Shown here piece after piece: positions 28,651-38,284 of a stretch of 64,000 nucleotides of DNA. The stretch is from NCBI GenBank assembly GCA_905202255.1, contig CAJKRH010000003.1, forward strand, positions 2,466-66,465, read 5' to 3'. Source of the DNA: an uncultured Ruminococcus sp. Lineage in GTDB: Bacteria > Bacillota > Clostridia > Oscillospirales > CAG-272. Within the stretch, counting starts at the first letter, position 1; each line of letters starts with the position of its first letter. The translations under genes were made by a program, and so were the position numbers. The notes under the pieces are model-generated. The model did no database searches and was not told the DNA's origin. It saw nothing but the letters and a program-made list of their open reading frames with translations.

Positions 28651-29160
28651 TCAACTGAAAACCTCTTCATATGGAACTTTTCCGTTATCATACTTTACAT
28701 ACCATAAATCATAAAAATCACCCGGTCTTATCCATTTTTTAAAATCAATGTAGTGCTCATTATCTACCGCTTCTTTCAGTTCATCAAGACTGTTGAAATA
28801 CATATATTCATCGCTGTCCAAATCAACCACAAGATATTTTATATATGTTGCACCGACAAGCCCGGAATCAGAATCCATTTTTCCCTCACAATTACTGCCA
28901 TCGCTTATCTGAAGAAAAATATATTTATCGTTATAAGCAAAATAAGAAATTCTGTCCTCGGTATCACTGTGATGAGCGGTACCATCTTTCATTTTCTTTT
29001 GTATGAATCGTATATCTCTTGCAACAAGAAGAATTTCATATCTTCCATCAACAATCTTGAAGCTATATTCGCTCAACCCGGGTCCCACACACGAAGCCAA
29101 AAGCGTAAAACATATTGCTGCCAACAAAACAAAGCCTGTTATATTTTTTAGTTTTTTCAT
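28651..29160 (-). CDS. lipoprotein of unknown function, tandem paralogue 2
   Basis: Start set at MKKLKNITGFVLLAAICFTLLASC. It is a paralogue of 28134..28643. Confidence 0.7.
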   Translation of the reverse strand: MKKLKNITGFVLLAAICFTLLASCVGPGLSEYSFKIVDGRYEILLVARDIRFIQKKMKDGTAHHSDTEDRISYFAYNDKYIFLQISDGSNCEGKMDSDSGLVGATYIKYLVVDLDSDEYMYFNSLDELKEAVDNEHYIDFKKWIRPGDFYDLWYVKYDNGKVPYEEVFS

Positions 29161-29177
29161 ATATTTTCCTTTCCGTA

Positions 29178-29657
29178 TCATTCCGCAAGCAGTGGCTTCA
29201 GGTGTTGTCTTTCGCTCTTCTCTTTAGCTTTTGCAAGCAAAATATATCCTGTGGCAAAAGCCAGATTTATAAGCGAGCCATATATGGGATAAGTTTCAAT
29301 TTCACTTTCCATAATTATAACAAAAGGAATAATATACATCGCATAAGAAATTACCGCATCAATAATTACGCCTACTGCAAAGGGTATATATGACTTTTTA
29401 AACACAAGGCAATATGATGCTATACGCCAGATAATGCATATTATGGATAATGCCAAAAATAACGAATTTAATTTTACAGTAGTAATATCCCACTCAACAA
29501 ATCCCTGAAAAAATGCCACATACAGTCTGTCGCCAAAAGGATGTCTGAAAAGCGCCACCCCGAATGCAACAAATAAGACTGACTTAATAGATGCCAAAAG
29601 GTAAATCGTAGATAGCATGATAAGAATTAAGTGTTTTAATTTTTTATTAGTCGACAT
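29178..29657 (-). CDS. polytopic membrane protein, unknown function
   Basis: 159 aa with 4-5 hydrophobic segments, AT-rich, first gene of the three-gene minus-strand cluster. Confidence 0.55.
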   Translation of the reverse strand: MSTNKKLKHLILIMLSTIYLLASIKSVLFVAFGVALFRHPFGDRLYVAFFQGFVEWDITTVKLNSLFLALSIICIIWRIASYCLVFKKSYIPFAVGVIIDAVISYAMYIIPFVIIMESEIETYPIYGSLINLAFATGYILLAKAKEKSERQHLKPLLAE

Positions 29658-29934
29658 ATTTTCATATTGTCACCTTATTATCTTTTCCGAGCATTATATT
29701 GTTTTTATGATATTGTTTGATTTATTATACCATTAAATGGAAGCAAATGCAAGTCTATTTATTATTTTGCATCATTAAAAGTTAAAAAAACAGCGTGTAA
29801 ATTGCCTTTAATTCACATCATAATATGCATTTCCCCATCATTCGTCAAAATTTGAGTGCAAGCTGTTGCAAAAAAGAATGGATAATGGTATAATTGAAAT
29901 ATCGTAAGAATCGGCTTTTAAAGGAGTTTAATAT

Positions 29935-30420
29935 ATGAAAATTTCAGACGCAATCGAAAAGATGATTGTATTTTGCAACGGCAATCTGCACGATATCAAT
30001 CATTTTCTCAAAGTATGGGCATTTACCAAGAATATCGGTGAACTCGAGGGGCTTGATGCGCAAACGCAGGAGACGCTCGAGCTTACTGCGGTAGTGCATG
30101 ATATTTCCTGTCCGCTCTGCCGCGAGAAATACGGCAATGTGGACGGAAGGAATCAGGAAAAAGAGAGTGCTCCGCTTGTTGAAGCATTTTTCGCGGGTGA
30201 GGACTGCAATGCCGATGTTGCACGCATCTCATGGCTTGTTTCCCATCATCATACCTACACGGATGTGGACGGCATCGACCATCGAATCCTGCTCGAAGCG
30301 GATTTCCTTGTCAATGCGGGTGAGAGCGGCTATTCAAGAGCGGCGATTGAAAGCGCAGAAAAGCAATTTTTCCGCACCGCCGCAGGGATTCGTCTTTTGA
30401 ACAGTATATATTTATCATAA
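29935..30420 (+). CDS. HD-domain phosphohydrolase-like protein
   Basis: H..(VVHD)..HHH pattern: NHFLKVW, TAVVHDIS, WLVSHHHTY and EADFLVN. Confidence 0.7.
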   Translation: MKISDAIEKMIVFCNGNLHDINHFLKVWAFTKNIGELEGLDAQTQETLELTAVVHDISCPLCREKYGNVDGRNQEKESAPLVEAFFAGEDCNADVARISWLVSHHHTYTDVDGIDHRILLEADFLVNAGESGYSRAAIESAEKQFFRTAAGIRLLNSIYLS

Positions 30421-30458
30421 CAAGATATTGACAAACGAAATTTGCGGAGGGAATCCAT

Positions 30459-30890
30459 ATGATACGACTTGAAGATATCAATCCCGATAATTGGAGATTA
30501 AGTCTGCATGTCAGTGATGAGCAGAAAACATTTGTAGCAAATTCGACCGTTATGCTGGCAAGAGCCTATGCATACAGAGAAAGCAGAAGTCGCGCTTTCG
30601 TTATATACGATGATGAAACACCCGTCGGAATGGCTCTGTATTATGATATGGAAGATGCATATAATTTCAGCCAGTTTTTCATTGATGAAAGATATCAGGG
30701 CAGAGGGCTTGGATATAAAGCGGCTGAAATGATTATTCATGAAATGGAGAAAGACGGAGTTTATAACAAAGTGGTACTCTGCTATGTCGACGGAGACGAA
30801 GCGGCAAAGCGGCTGTATCTTAAGCTCGGCTTTCATCACACGGGAGAAGCCGAAGAGGACGAAATCGTGATGGAAAAGATTCTTCGGTGA
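30459..30890 (+). CDS. GNAT-family N-acetyltransferase (diamine/spermidine acetyltransferase-like)
   Basis: Acetyl-CoA motif YQGRGLGYKAAE and a GNAT-sized protein of 143 aa. Confidence 0.75.
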   Translation: MIRLEDINPDNWRLSLHVSDEQKTFVANSTVMLARAYAYRESRSRAFVIYDDETPVGMALYYDMEDAYNFSQFFIDERYQGRGLGYKAAEMIIHEMEKDGVYNKVVLCYVDGDEAAKRLYLKLGFHHTGEAEEDEIVMEKILR

Positions 30891-30984
30891 TTTGTAATAT
30901 CGACAATATCCTAAAATAAACAGCCCATTGATTTCAAAAAATCAAGGGGCTGTTTATTCTATTTAAGCCACAGTTAAGCGAAAG

Positions 30985-32637
30985 TTAAATTCCGGTATCG
31001 CGCGTTCCGATTTCCACGGTTCTCCCTCCGAGATTTTCGTAAATGCGGTGCGAAATCGAAAGCACGGTGCGCCCCACGGAAGCGCGGCGCAGTGCTTCAA
31101 GCACGCGCGCTTCCGTCTCGGCATCGAGATTTGCCGTTATCTCGTCCAGCAGGAGCACCGCAGGATTTGCCGCGGCGGCACGCGCGATTGAAAGAAGTTG
31201 CCATTCACCCTGCGAAAACATTCCGTCTGTACATACGGTGGCATATCCCTCGGGAAGCGCACGGATTGTCTCATCGAGTCCCGCAAGCCTTGCGGCATCC
31301 CGCGCCATCTCTTCCGTAATGCCCGCGTCGCCCAGCGTTATCTGGTCGAGCACCGTACCAGGCACACGGGAAAAATGCTGCTCCACACAGCCGATGCAGG
31401 CGCGGCGCTCCCCATCCGTGATATCCGAAACATCCACCCCACCGATTGTGATTCTTCCCTTTTCAGGCTTATAAAGCCCGAGCAGGAGGCGAAAAACAGT
31501 GCTCTTGCCTGCGCCCGTCCTGCCGACGAGCGTGACCTGTTCGCCCTCCTTTACAGTCATGGAAAAGTCCTGAAGTACAGGCTTTTCCCCATATCCGAAT
31601 GTCACATCCGAGAGCACGACATCTCCGCGCGCGGCGCTGTCCCGTTCTCTCGGCAGAGTGCGTTCATCCTGCGCGAGAAAAGCGTCGATGCGCTTTACTC
31701 CCGCCATCGCGGACTGAATGGTCTGTATCTCCATGCCGAGGCTTTCGATGGGCGAGAAAATTCGGGATATGTAATTTATCACGGCGACCGATGTGCCGAC
31801 CGACATGCCGAAAAGCGTAAGAACTTCCGCTTTGCCCGATGACGAAAGAAGCATTACGATGCCGACAACTGCGGCGTTCAGAATGAGAACGACAGGCGAA
31901 TAAATCGCATCATAGAAATTCGTTTTTTCCACGGCGGCATAGCTTTCGCCTATGCGGCGGTCGTATTTCTTCTCCATATAACTTTCCAACCCGAGAACAC
32001 GGATTGTGCGTATATTATGCAGTGTTTCCGGCACCTGCCCCGATACGGAAGCCACCGCGCGGCGGTTTTCAAGCTGTGCGGCAAGCATTTTCTTCTGTAT
32101 ATGACGAGTGAAAACAGCGAAAAGCGGAAGAACCAGCAGCAGAATCAGCGCAAGTCCGGTATTCTTCACCACAATGACCACCAGAATCGAAACGATACGG
32201 CAGGCATCGGCAATCATGCTGATTATGCCGCAGGTAAACAGCGCCTCCACGGTATCGACATCTCCGGAAAAGCGCGCGGCAACCTCACCCGGATTCTGCG
32301 CCACAAGCGTGCTTGCAGGAAGTCGCGTAAGCTTCTGCGACATTTCCGAGCGCAGAGCATGCGTCATTTTCTGCCCGAAAAGCACGAGCAGTGTTTCCTG
32401 CGCCGATGAGAGCACTCCCTCAAGCGCAAGGCTCCCGAAGTAAAGGAGCACCGCCGCAAACGAAAGCGGTATACCGCCTGTCAGGTCGTCTATCACGCGG
32501 GCAAGAAGAAGCGGCGGTATGAGTGATGCACCGACCGATGCCGCCACGCACAGAACCGTACCCAAGGTAAGAAAAAGATGCGTAAGCGCCGCTTCGCGCA
32601 CTGCGGCAAATACTCCGATTTTATTTTTATTCTTCAT
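30985..32637 (-). CDS. ABC exporter permease/ATPase, heterodimer partner with degenerate signature motif
   Basis: TMD followed by an NBD with Walker A GRTGAGKST and Walker B LLLDEITANLD. The signature reads FSQGEWQLLSIARA instead of LSGGQ. Confidence 0.85.
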   Translation of the reverse strand: MKNKNKIGVFAAVREAALTHLFLTLGTVLCVAASVGASLIPPLLLARVIDDLTGGIPLSFAAVLLYFGSLALEGVLSSAQETLLVLFGQKMTHALRSEMSQKLTRLPASTLVAQNPGEVAARFSGDVDTVEALFTCGIISMIADACRIVSILVVIVVKNTGLALILLLVLPLFAVFTRHIQKKMLAAQLENRRAVASVSGQVPETLHNIRTIRVLGLESYMEKKYDRRIGESYAAVEKTNFYDAIYSPVVLILNAAVVGIVMLLSSSGKAEVLTLFGMSVGTSVAVINYISRIFSPIESLGMEIQTIQSAMAGVKRIDAFLAQDERTLPRERDSAARGDVVLSDVTFGYGEKPVLQDFSMTVKEGEQVTLVGRTGAGKSTVFRLLLGLYKPEKGRITIGGVDVSDITDGERRACIGCVEQHFSRVPGTVLDQITLGDAGITEEMARDAARLAGLDETIRALPEGYATVCTDGMFSQGEWQLLSIARAAAANPAVLLLDEITANLDAETEARVLEALRRASVGRTVLSISHRIYENLGGRTVEIGTRDTGI

Positions 32638-34372
32638 GATGCTCGCCTCCTGTCTGGCTTTCGTAAAGCTTTCTGTAAGCGGGAACGGAAGCCATCAGCT
32701 CCGCATGCGTGCCGACAAATGTTTTTCCGTCCTCCATGAATATCACTTTCCGCATCTGCGGGAAGTGATAAAGCCGAAGCGAAATCAGAAATACAACTTT
32801 ATCTTTCGCGTAATTTTGCAGGTTTGCAAATACGGTATCTTCCGTATTGCGGTCGAGCGCCGAAAAGGGGTCGTCCAGTACCATCACAGGGCGCGGATGC
32901 GCAAGCGTCCTCGCCAGAGCCAGTCTCTGTGCCTGCCCGCCCGAGAGACGCACGCCGCCCGTGCCGATTACCGTATCAACACCGTTTTCCATTGCAAGTG
33001 CTTCGTCGTTCAGAGCCACGGCAGAAAGATAAGGTACCGCCTCCTCTTCCGCGCCGCAAAGCACATTATTTTGCACCGTATCGGAGAAAAGCTCGGGGTC
33101 ATGCCCGAGATAGCCGACCGTAGCGGAAATTTCGCGCGGCGTCATAGCCGAGAACTCCTTTCTGCCGTAGCGCGCAGAGCCGCCATACGGTTCTTCGCAG
33201 ATAAATACGCGCCCAAGAGTCGATTTTCCGCAGGCGACGGGACCTGTAACGCCGATTATATCCCCCGGATGCGCTGTGAGCGAAAGCCCCGAAAAAATCG
33301 GTTCGTCGCCATAGGCAAAAGAAAGATTCTCAAGCGTTACATCCGCAGGCGCGGGGATTGTGAGCGCTTCAAGCGGCTCGGGAGATTTCATCAGCGGCTG
33401 AATCCTGCGCCATGAAACCTCGGCTTTCTGCACGGAATTGAAAAGTTTCGCCACCTTTGAGGATTTGACAGTCAGCTTTGTAAAACACGAGAGAAAAGTG
33501 GTGAAAGCCGCGATATCCCATGCATTCCATCCTGTGCCGAGCACATTTTTTGCGCCGAGCCACAAAATGAATATCGTTCCCGCGCCCGATGCCGCGAGAT
33601 AAAGCGGCGGGAGCGCCGATTGCCATACATTGCTTTTTACAGCGGTTTTTTCATAGTTTTGAAGCGCTTCTTCATATCGCTCCGCTCTTGCGTCCTCGCA
33701 GCCGTATATGCGATATGTCACGGCGTTTTCCGCGCGGTCGAGCGTAGCACCGCTAAGAGCACCCGCCGCTTTCTTATATGCCGCTCCCGCGCGCTGAACG
33801 GGCTTTTTCATTCTCGCCGCACATAAATACGAAACCGGTGTGAAAAGCAGGCTGAGAATCGCCAGCCGCCAATCGTAAATAAAGAGCATGACCGCATAGC
33901 CGAGCAGGGCTACACCCGTATCGAATACCTCGGTCGTGAATTTCCGCATTCCCTCGACGCAGCCGTCCACATCCGAGATAGCCTTTGTCATCAGCTCTCC
34001 CGAGCCCTCCTTTTCAAGCGCCGTGCGGCTCTGCCTGATAAGATTTGCATAGAGAATGCCTTTCATGCGCCGATTTATATTGTTGGCAAAGCGGCGGACA
34101 TAGAATCGCTTGATAAACCGCGCCGCCTGCACCGCCAGTGTGACGGCGATATAGGCAAGCACAAGCATCGCCATCGCCGCGGCTGTCTCACTCCCGCCGA
34201 GAATATCGGCAAGGCACTGCGCGAGCCTGCCCTCAAACCACGGCGTCGCGAGCAGACCGATATTATAAAAGAGACCCGAGAGGGTTATAAATGTCAGCGA
34301 CAGCCACTCGATACGAAAATAAGAAGCGATTCTGTCGGGACGAAAAATCTTTTTGTTTTTCATATGTATCAT
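32627..34372 (-). CDS. ABC exporter permease/ATPase, heterodimer partner with canonical motifs
   Basis: Walker A GPVACGKST, signature LSGGQAQRLALAR, Walker B MVLDDPFSALD. It overlaps the downstream partner by 11 nt. Confidence 0.85.
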   Translation of the reverse strand: MIHMKNKKIFRPDRIASYFRIEWLSLTFITLSGLFYNIGLLATPWFEGRLAQCLADILGGSETAAAMAMLVLAYIAVTLAVQAARFIKRFYVRRFANNINRRMKGILYANLIRQSRTALEKEGSGELMTKAISDVDGCVEGMRKFTTEVFDTGVALLGYAVMLFIYDWRLAILSLLFTPVSYLCAARMKKPVQRAGAAYKKAAGALSGATLDRAENAVTYRIYGCEDARAERYEEALQNYEKTAVKSNVWQSALPPLYLAASGAGTIFILWLGAKNVLGTGWNAWDIAAFTTFLSCFTKLTVKSSKVAKLFNSVQKAEVSWRRIQPLMKSPEPLEALTIPAPADVTLENLSFAYGDEPIFSGLSLTAHPGDIIGVTGPVACGKSTLGRVFICEEPYGGSARYGRKEFSAMTPREISATVGYLGHDPELFSDTVQNNVLCGAEEEAVPYLSAVALNDEALAMENGVDTVIGTGGVRLSGGQAQRLALARTLAHPRPVMVLDDPFSALDRNTEDTVFANLQNYAKDKVVFLISLRLYHFPQMRKVIFMEDGKTFVGTHAELMASVPAYRKLYESQTGGEHHEE

Positions 34373-34380
34373 CGCTTTCG

Positions 34381-34827
34381 TTATTTTATCAGATGAGGAA
34401 ATCCCGCGCGGCTCTCGGTTTTCGATGCCGCATAGAGTTTATCGAGCAGCGCGGCAAATGTCGCAGTTTCTTCGTCGGTCAGCGACGAAGTAATGTATTC
34501 GTAAAACGACGCCTCTATCTCCGCTTTTGACGATTTCAGATTTTCCGCCTGCTCTGTGGGATAGAGCAATTGACTGCGCTTGTCGCTCGGGTCATCGCGA
34601 CGGATAAGATAGCCTTTCGCTTCGAGATTTTTTGTCCTCCTTGCAATGGCGGCTTTGTCCGCGTGCAGGATTTCCGCGAGTTTCGCCTGCGTGCACCCGG
34701 GATTGTGGCGCAGCGCGTGAATCAGGTCAATTTCCGCCGTGCCTACTCCGTCATCGCGCAGAGAAACGAGAACAAGTTTCTCCGCCTCCCGCGCGATTTT
34801 TGTGATTTTTCTCTCTGTTATATCCAT
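34381..34827 (-). CDS. MarR-family transcriptional regulator
   Basis: Start ATG 34827 after GGAGGA. Winged-HTH region ..CTQAKLAEILHADKAAIARRTKNLEAKGYLIRRDDPSDKR.. Confidence 0.85.
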   Translation of the reverse strand: MDITERKITKIAREAEKLVLVSLRDDGVGTAEIDLIHALRHNPGCTQAKLAEILHADKAAIARRTKNLEAKGYLIRRDDPSDKRSQLLYPTEQAENLKSSKAEIEASFYEYITSSLTDEETATFAALLDKLYAASKTESRAGFPHLIK

Positions 34828-35073
34828 ATATTTTCCTCCGTAGCGCAATATAGTTGTATATACATCGTTGTATCTGCATCTATTATAGCACGCAAAAATA
34901 AAATGTCAAGAGGAGAGCGCGAAAAAAATGCGTCGCTATTCTCTGCATGAAAATATTCTCTACTTAAGGTTGCAAAAATACAAATACAGGCTGTTTGACC
35001 TGCCTGCAAATATATGCTATAATAAACTTAAGCGAAGGATCCGCGCCAAATCAAACTTACAGGAGGAGACAAT

Positions 35074-36141
35074 ATGAATCTTTCAAATAAAATACGCGAG
35101 CTGCGCAAAAGCCGAAATCTGACGCAGGAACAGCTTGCCGAGGCGCTTTGCGTTTCGCCTCAGGCTGTCTCAAAGTGGGAGCTCGGCACCTGCTATCCCG
35201 ATATGGGACTTATCCCGACACTTGCTTACTATTTCAATGTGTCGCTCGATACCTTATTTGATTTTGACGCCGAGCGCATGGGCAAAGAGATAGAGGAAAT
35301 ACGCGTTGAATCGGGTAAATTTTTCTGGAACGATTTTGAAAAAGCGGAGCGGATTTTGCTCGATGGTCTGAAATCCTATTCCGCATCGCTGACTCTGAAA
35401 ACAGAACTTTTTGAGCTTTATGCCTACAATGCCGACCGCGGCGATGCCCACATCCGAAAGGCACTGGCGCTGGCGGAACAGATACTTGCGGTCTCTCAGG
35501 ATGTTTTCTGCACCTGCCGCACAAAGAGCAATATAATTCATATATATGAGTATCTTGACACGGAAAAAGGCGAAAATCACACAGCGGAAATCGAAGAAAT
35601 CATTCATTCCCTGCCATATATGTTTCCGTATATGCTGCAAGACAGAATGCGCCTCGCAGCTCAATCGTTCCATAACGAAGAGGGACTGCGTGAAGCGAAA
35701 CTGCTCAAAAATATCGAATGGCAGGAACTTTTTATTGCCTGCCAGACAGAGGGAAACCGATACTGTGACCTCGGCGATTATGAACATGCGCTCTCATCAT
35801 ATACGGAGAGTGTAGATGTCATCGAGCGATTCATGTATCCCGACAAGAATGGCTACGACGCCTACCCTATCGGCGGAACCCACGCGAACCACGCAATGAC
35901 ACTGCTCGATATTGCCGCCTGCAAACTCCACCTGAATGAGCCCGACGGAATTGATGAACTTATTGCGCGCGCCAAGCGCATCTATTTCGGCACATATGAC
36001 AATATTAAGCTGAAAAATCCCAAGGATATATATAACCATATGCGTGAATACTTTGCGAAGGAATATCAGGAAAAGGGACTTGATGCATATGCGACGCTGG
36101 ATTTATCAGAAATAGATAAACGCATTGCAGACATGAAATAG
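35074..36141 (+). CDS. XRE-family HTH regulator with long helical (TPR-like) C-terminal domain
   Basis: N-terminus IRELRKSRNLTQEQLAEALCVSPQAVSKWELG, followed by a ~290-aa helical repeat-like region. Confidence 0.8.
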   Translation: MNLSNKIRELRKSRNLTQEQLAEALCVSPQAVSKWELGTCYPDMGLIPTLAYYFNVSLDTLFDFDAERMGKEIEEIRVESGKFFWNDFEKAERILLDGLKSYSASLTLKTELFELYAYNADRGDAHIRKALALAEQILAVSQDVFCTCRTKSNIIHIYEYLDTEKGENHTAEIEEIIHSLPYMFPYMLQDRMRLAAQSFHNEEGLREAKLLKNIEWQELFIACQTEGNRYCDLGDYEHALSSYTESVDVIERFMYPDKNGYDAYPIGGTHANHAMTLLDIAACKLHLNEPDGIDELIARAKRIYFGTYDNIKLKNPKDIYNHMREYFAKEYQEKGLDAYATLDLSEIDKRIADMK

Positions 36142-36180
36142 AGCCAAAGCACCGCCATGTGCGACCGTCTATAGCTAAAA

Positions 36181-36210
36181 AATAGCAGATGCCGCAAAGC
36201 ATCTGCTATT
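36181..36210. terminator. terminator hairpin between convergent genes
   Basis: AATAGCAGATGC-CGCAAA-GCATCTGCTATT, with an A-run on the left flank (a T-run on the minus strand). Confidence 0.7.
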
Positions 36211-36227
36211 CTGTAATTCTCATTTTT

Positions 36228-36968
36228 TTACTGAAATTCAACAATAAGAATTCCCTCGCTTCCGGCAGGCAATTCCTCTTTTACGGAGCCTTTATCAAAC
36301 AAAACGGCACCGCCTTTGGCGATTTCATCGCAGTCGGATTTATCGATACACAGAGAGCTGACATAAAGAACAGGCGCCTTTATTTTCCCCGCCTGTTCGG
36401 CATATTCAAACTTCACCGCGTTGTTCCATTCCGAATAATTATAGTCCGTATAGACAGGCCACCAGACAATATCCGGTTTCAGCTCATTTATGCGGGCGAT
36501 GTTTTCTTCATACAACAAATCTCCGCACAGACCGACAGCGACTTTTTTACCAAGGAAATCAAATGTGTGAAATCCGTCACCCTCGCAGTATTCTCTGCCC
36601 GCAGACGGTTCTTTCCAGCCGGGCGATACTCTGCGATATAAATCTGCTATTCTGCCGTTCTTATCTATGGTCATCTGCGAACTGAAAAATGCATCGCCGT
36701 CCTTTTCGGCGAAACCAAATGACACAGCGACGGAATATTCTTTTGTCATGCTGCATATTTCGCGGATGACAATATCGTCGCGGGAAAGTACTATCTCCCT
36801 GTCATGTTGAACCGCAAAATTCAAGCTATAAAAACCTTGAAGAAACGCTTCTCCGAAGATAGCGACATCCGCCTTGCCTGCGCACTTTTCAAGTACATCG
36901 GCAAGTACCGCTTTGTTATGCCCCGTGTCCCCGTCGATAAAGCCAACGGCTGCAAGAGCATATTTCAT
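36228..36968 (-). CDS. carbon-nitrogen hydrolase (nitrilase superfamily) protein
   Basis: Start ATG 36968 after GGAGGTG. The E-K-C triad context is plausible: ..IFGEAFLQGF.. and ..VAVGLCGDLLYE.. Confidence 0.7.
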   Translation of the reverse strand: MKYALAAVGFIDGDTGHNKAVLADVLEKCAGKADVAIFGEAFLQGFYSLNFAVQHDREIVLSRDDIVIREICSMTKEYSVAVSFGFAEKDGDAFFSSQMTIDKNGRIADLYRRVSPGWKEPSAGREYCEGDGFHTFDFLGKKVAVGLCGDLLYEENIARINELKPDIVWWPVYTDYNYSEWNNAVKFEYAEQAGKIKAPVLYVSSLCIDKSDCDEIAKGGAVLFDKGSVKEELPAGSEGILIVEFQ

Positions 36969-37021
36969 TCTCATCACCTCCGCAAATCACTGCCTGTAAA
37001 ATCAGTATAACACATCAGTAT

Positions 37022-37056
37022 AGTCATAACCACCGGCTCAGTCGGTGGTTATGACT
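37022..37056. repeat. perfect 14-bp inverted repeat at the left edge of the mobile region
   Basis: AGTCATAACCACCG-GCTCAGT-CGGTGGTTATGACT. It lies about 40 nt before the point (37095) where homology to the 45583 module starts. Confidence 0.6.
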
Positions 37057-37082
37057 TATATATTTAGAAATCCCATTCTCCG

Positions 37083-37598
37083 ATGTCGCCATCATACCTG
37101 CATATATCCAAGCGAAAATTCCTGTATATGCTTCAAAACGGCTATATCCGCTACGAGGACAACGGCAACAAAACGCATCGGTACTCCTTGCGAATGTGCG
37201 ATGTGGAAGCCCTGCGGAAGGAAATGACCAACCATCCCGAACGCTTTGCCGACCTTAACGGGCGGTTTACGGCGCAAAGAAACAAACCACCGACACCGAC
37301 CATTGTACTGTCGCAGGACGAGGCAAAGAAACTGCGTGAGTACATAACCAAACAGTGGGCAAAACATCCCGATGCCTTGCCAAGTAATAGGGCGGCTGAG
37401 CTGACCGGCTTGACCGTCGGAACGCTCAACCGCCATGTGGCAAAAGGCAACATCTTCGGCGCGGTAGTCGGTGGGAAGGTACTCATCAGCAAGCAAAGTC
37501 TGATCGGATACCTCGCCGCGCCGGATGGTGTGAGGAAAACAACGATAGTACAGATGAAAAAACTACTTGCGGGGTACAAGCAGGTAGGAAAGCAATAA
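37083..37598 (+). CDS. double-HTH (excisionase-family-like) DNA-binding protein, 5'-truncated paralogue of 45547..46083
   Basis: From residue Y5 (YLHISKRKF...) it aligns with residues 13 onward of the 178-aa copy. The native N-terminus (MEQIISADAARA) is replaced by MSPS from unrelated sequence. Confidence 0.6.
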   Translation: MSPSYLHISKRKFLYMLQNGYIRYEDNGNKTHRYSLRMCDVEALRKEMTNHPERFADLNGRFTAQRNKPPTPTIVLSQDEAKKLREYITKQWAKHPDALPSNRAAELTGLTVGTLNRHVAKGNIFGAVVGGKVLISKQSLIGYLAAPDGVRKTTIVQMKKLLAGYKQVGKQ

Positions 37599-37649
37599 AA
37601 AGCAAAGGAATGGTCTCAAGATGTGCTTGAGGCTCTTCCTTTGCTCTTT
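37095..37649 (+). repeat. ~555-bp direct repeat, copy A (HTH gene plus its compound terminator hairpin)
   Basis: Alignable with 45583-46134. Homology starts at TACCTGCATATATCCAA and ends at CCTTTGCTCTTT. By eye, most positions are identical in the first ~420 nt and more diverged toward the 3' end. Confidence 0.85.
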
Positions 37650-37723
37650 TAGGTTATGTATCCAAATAAAAAGTCGAAAAGTGGTTTGCGTTACAAGCAT
37701 AATACAAACCACTTTTCAGTAAC

Positions 37724-38275
37724 TCACTTCATAACTTTTTCAAAGCGGAACATTTCATCCGGCCCCTCGCCGGGGAATGATTGTTCGTCTTTCTCCGGCG
37801 GATTCGGATCCGGGTGCATGGCGGAGAAAAACTCAACGGCGTGAAAACCGCATTTGTTGATATAAAAATGGATATTGCGCTTTTCAAAATATGGCGTGCA
37901 GGTCTCCCAGACCTTAGTTTCGGGGTGCAGAGCTTCCACGGCAAGCCAAGCGCCATAGCCGATGCCTTTGCTGTGTTCCTTCGGCGAAACGAAAAGAAGC
38001 TCCAGCTCATTGTGATGTGTCTCTTTGTCGATTTTCAGCACCACACCGCCAACCTTTCTGCCTTCATACAGAATCCGGTATGCTTCGCTGCCTGGTGCAT
38101 CAATACTTTGCTCAATGGTTGCGCGGGAGATGATCTCTCCATCCTCATCAAAATGGTCGTCCCGCAACCCGAATTCTTCCACTGCGCCATACTTGAAAGA
38201 CGCCTGATTATCAAGGATGAACTGCTCGCGGTCGCCCGCTTCCAGCGGGGCAAGGGTTACTTTTGTGTTGTTCAT
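37724..38275 (-). CDS. GNAT-family N-acetyltransferase (cargo of the older element remnant)
   Basis: Start ATG 38275 after GGAGGT. The ..VSPEHSKGIGYGAWL.. acetyl-CoA-binding-like motif, in a protein of 183 aa. Confidence 0.7.
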   Translation of the reverse strand: MNNTKVTLAPLEAGDREQFILDNQASFKYGAVEEFGLRDDHFDEDGEIISRATIEQSIDAPGSEAYRILYEGRKVGGVVLKIDKETHHNELELLFVSPKEHSKGIGYGAWLAVEALHPETKVWETCTPYFEKRNIHFYINKCGFHAVEFFSAMHPDPNPPEKDEQSFPGEGPDEMFRFEKVMK

Positions 38276-38284
38276 ATGTACCTC

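Noticed and set aside
30918-30955. The terminator hairpin here and the one at 42164-42198 share the stem CAGCCC(A/C)TTGAT...ATCAAGGGGCTG, which might suggest a dispersed REP-like repeat.
   Set aside because: There are only two copies, both sit where an ordinary intrinsic terminator is expected, and the similarity is confined to a ~13-bp stem. That is too little to call a repeat family from one window.
37045-37227. Short ORFs (37045..37227, 37656..37844) and overlapping antisense ORFs around the truncated HTH gene.
   Set aside because: They have no RBS and implausible sequences. They are explained by the junction of unrelated DNA at 37095 and by antisense frames of the HTH and GNAT genes.
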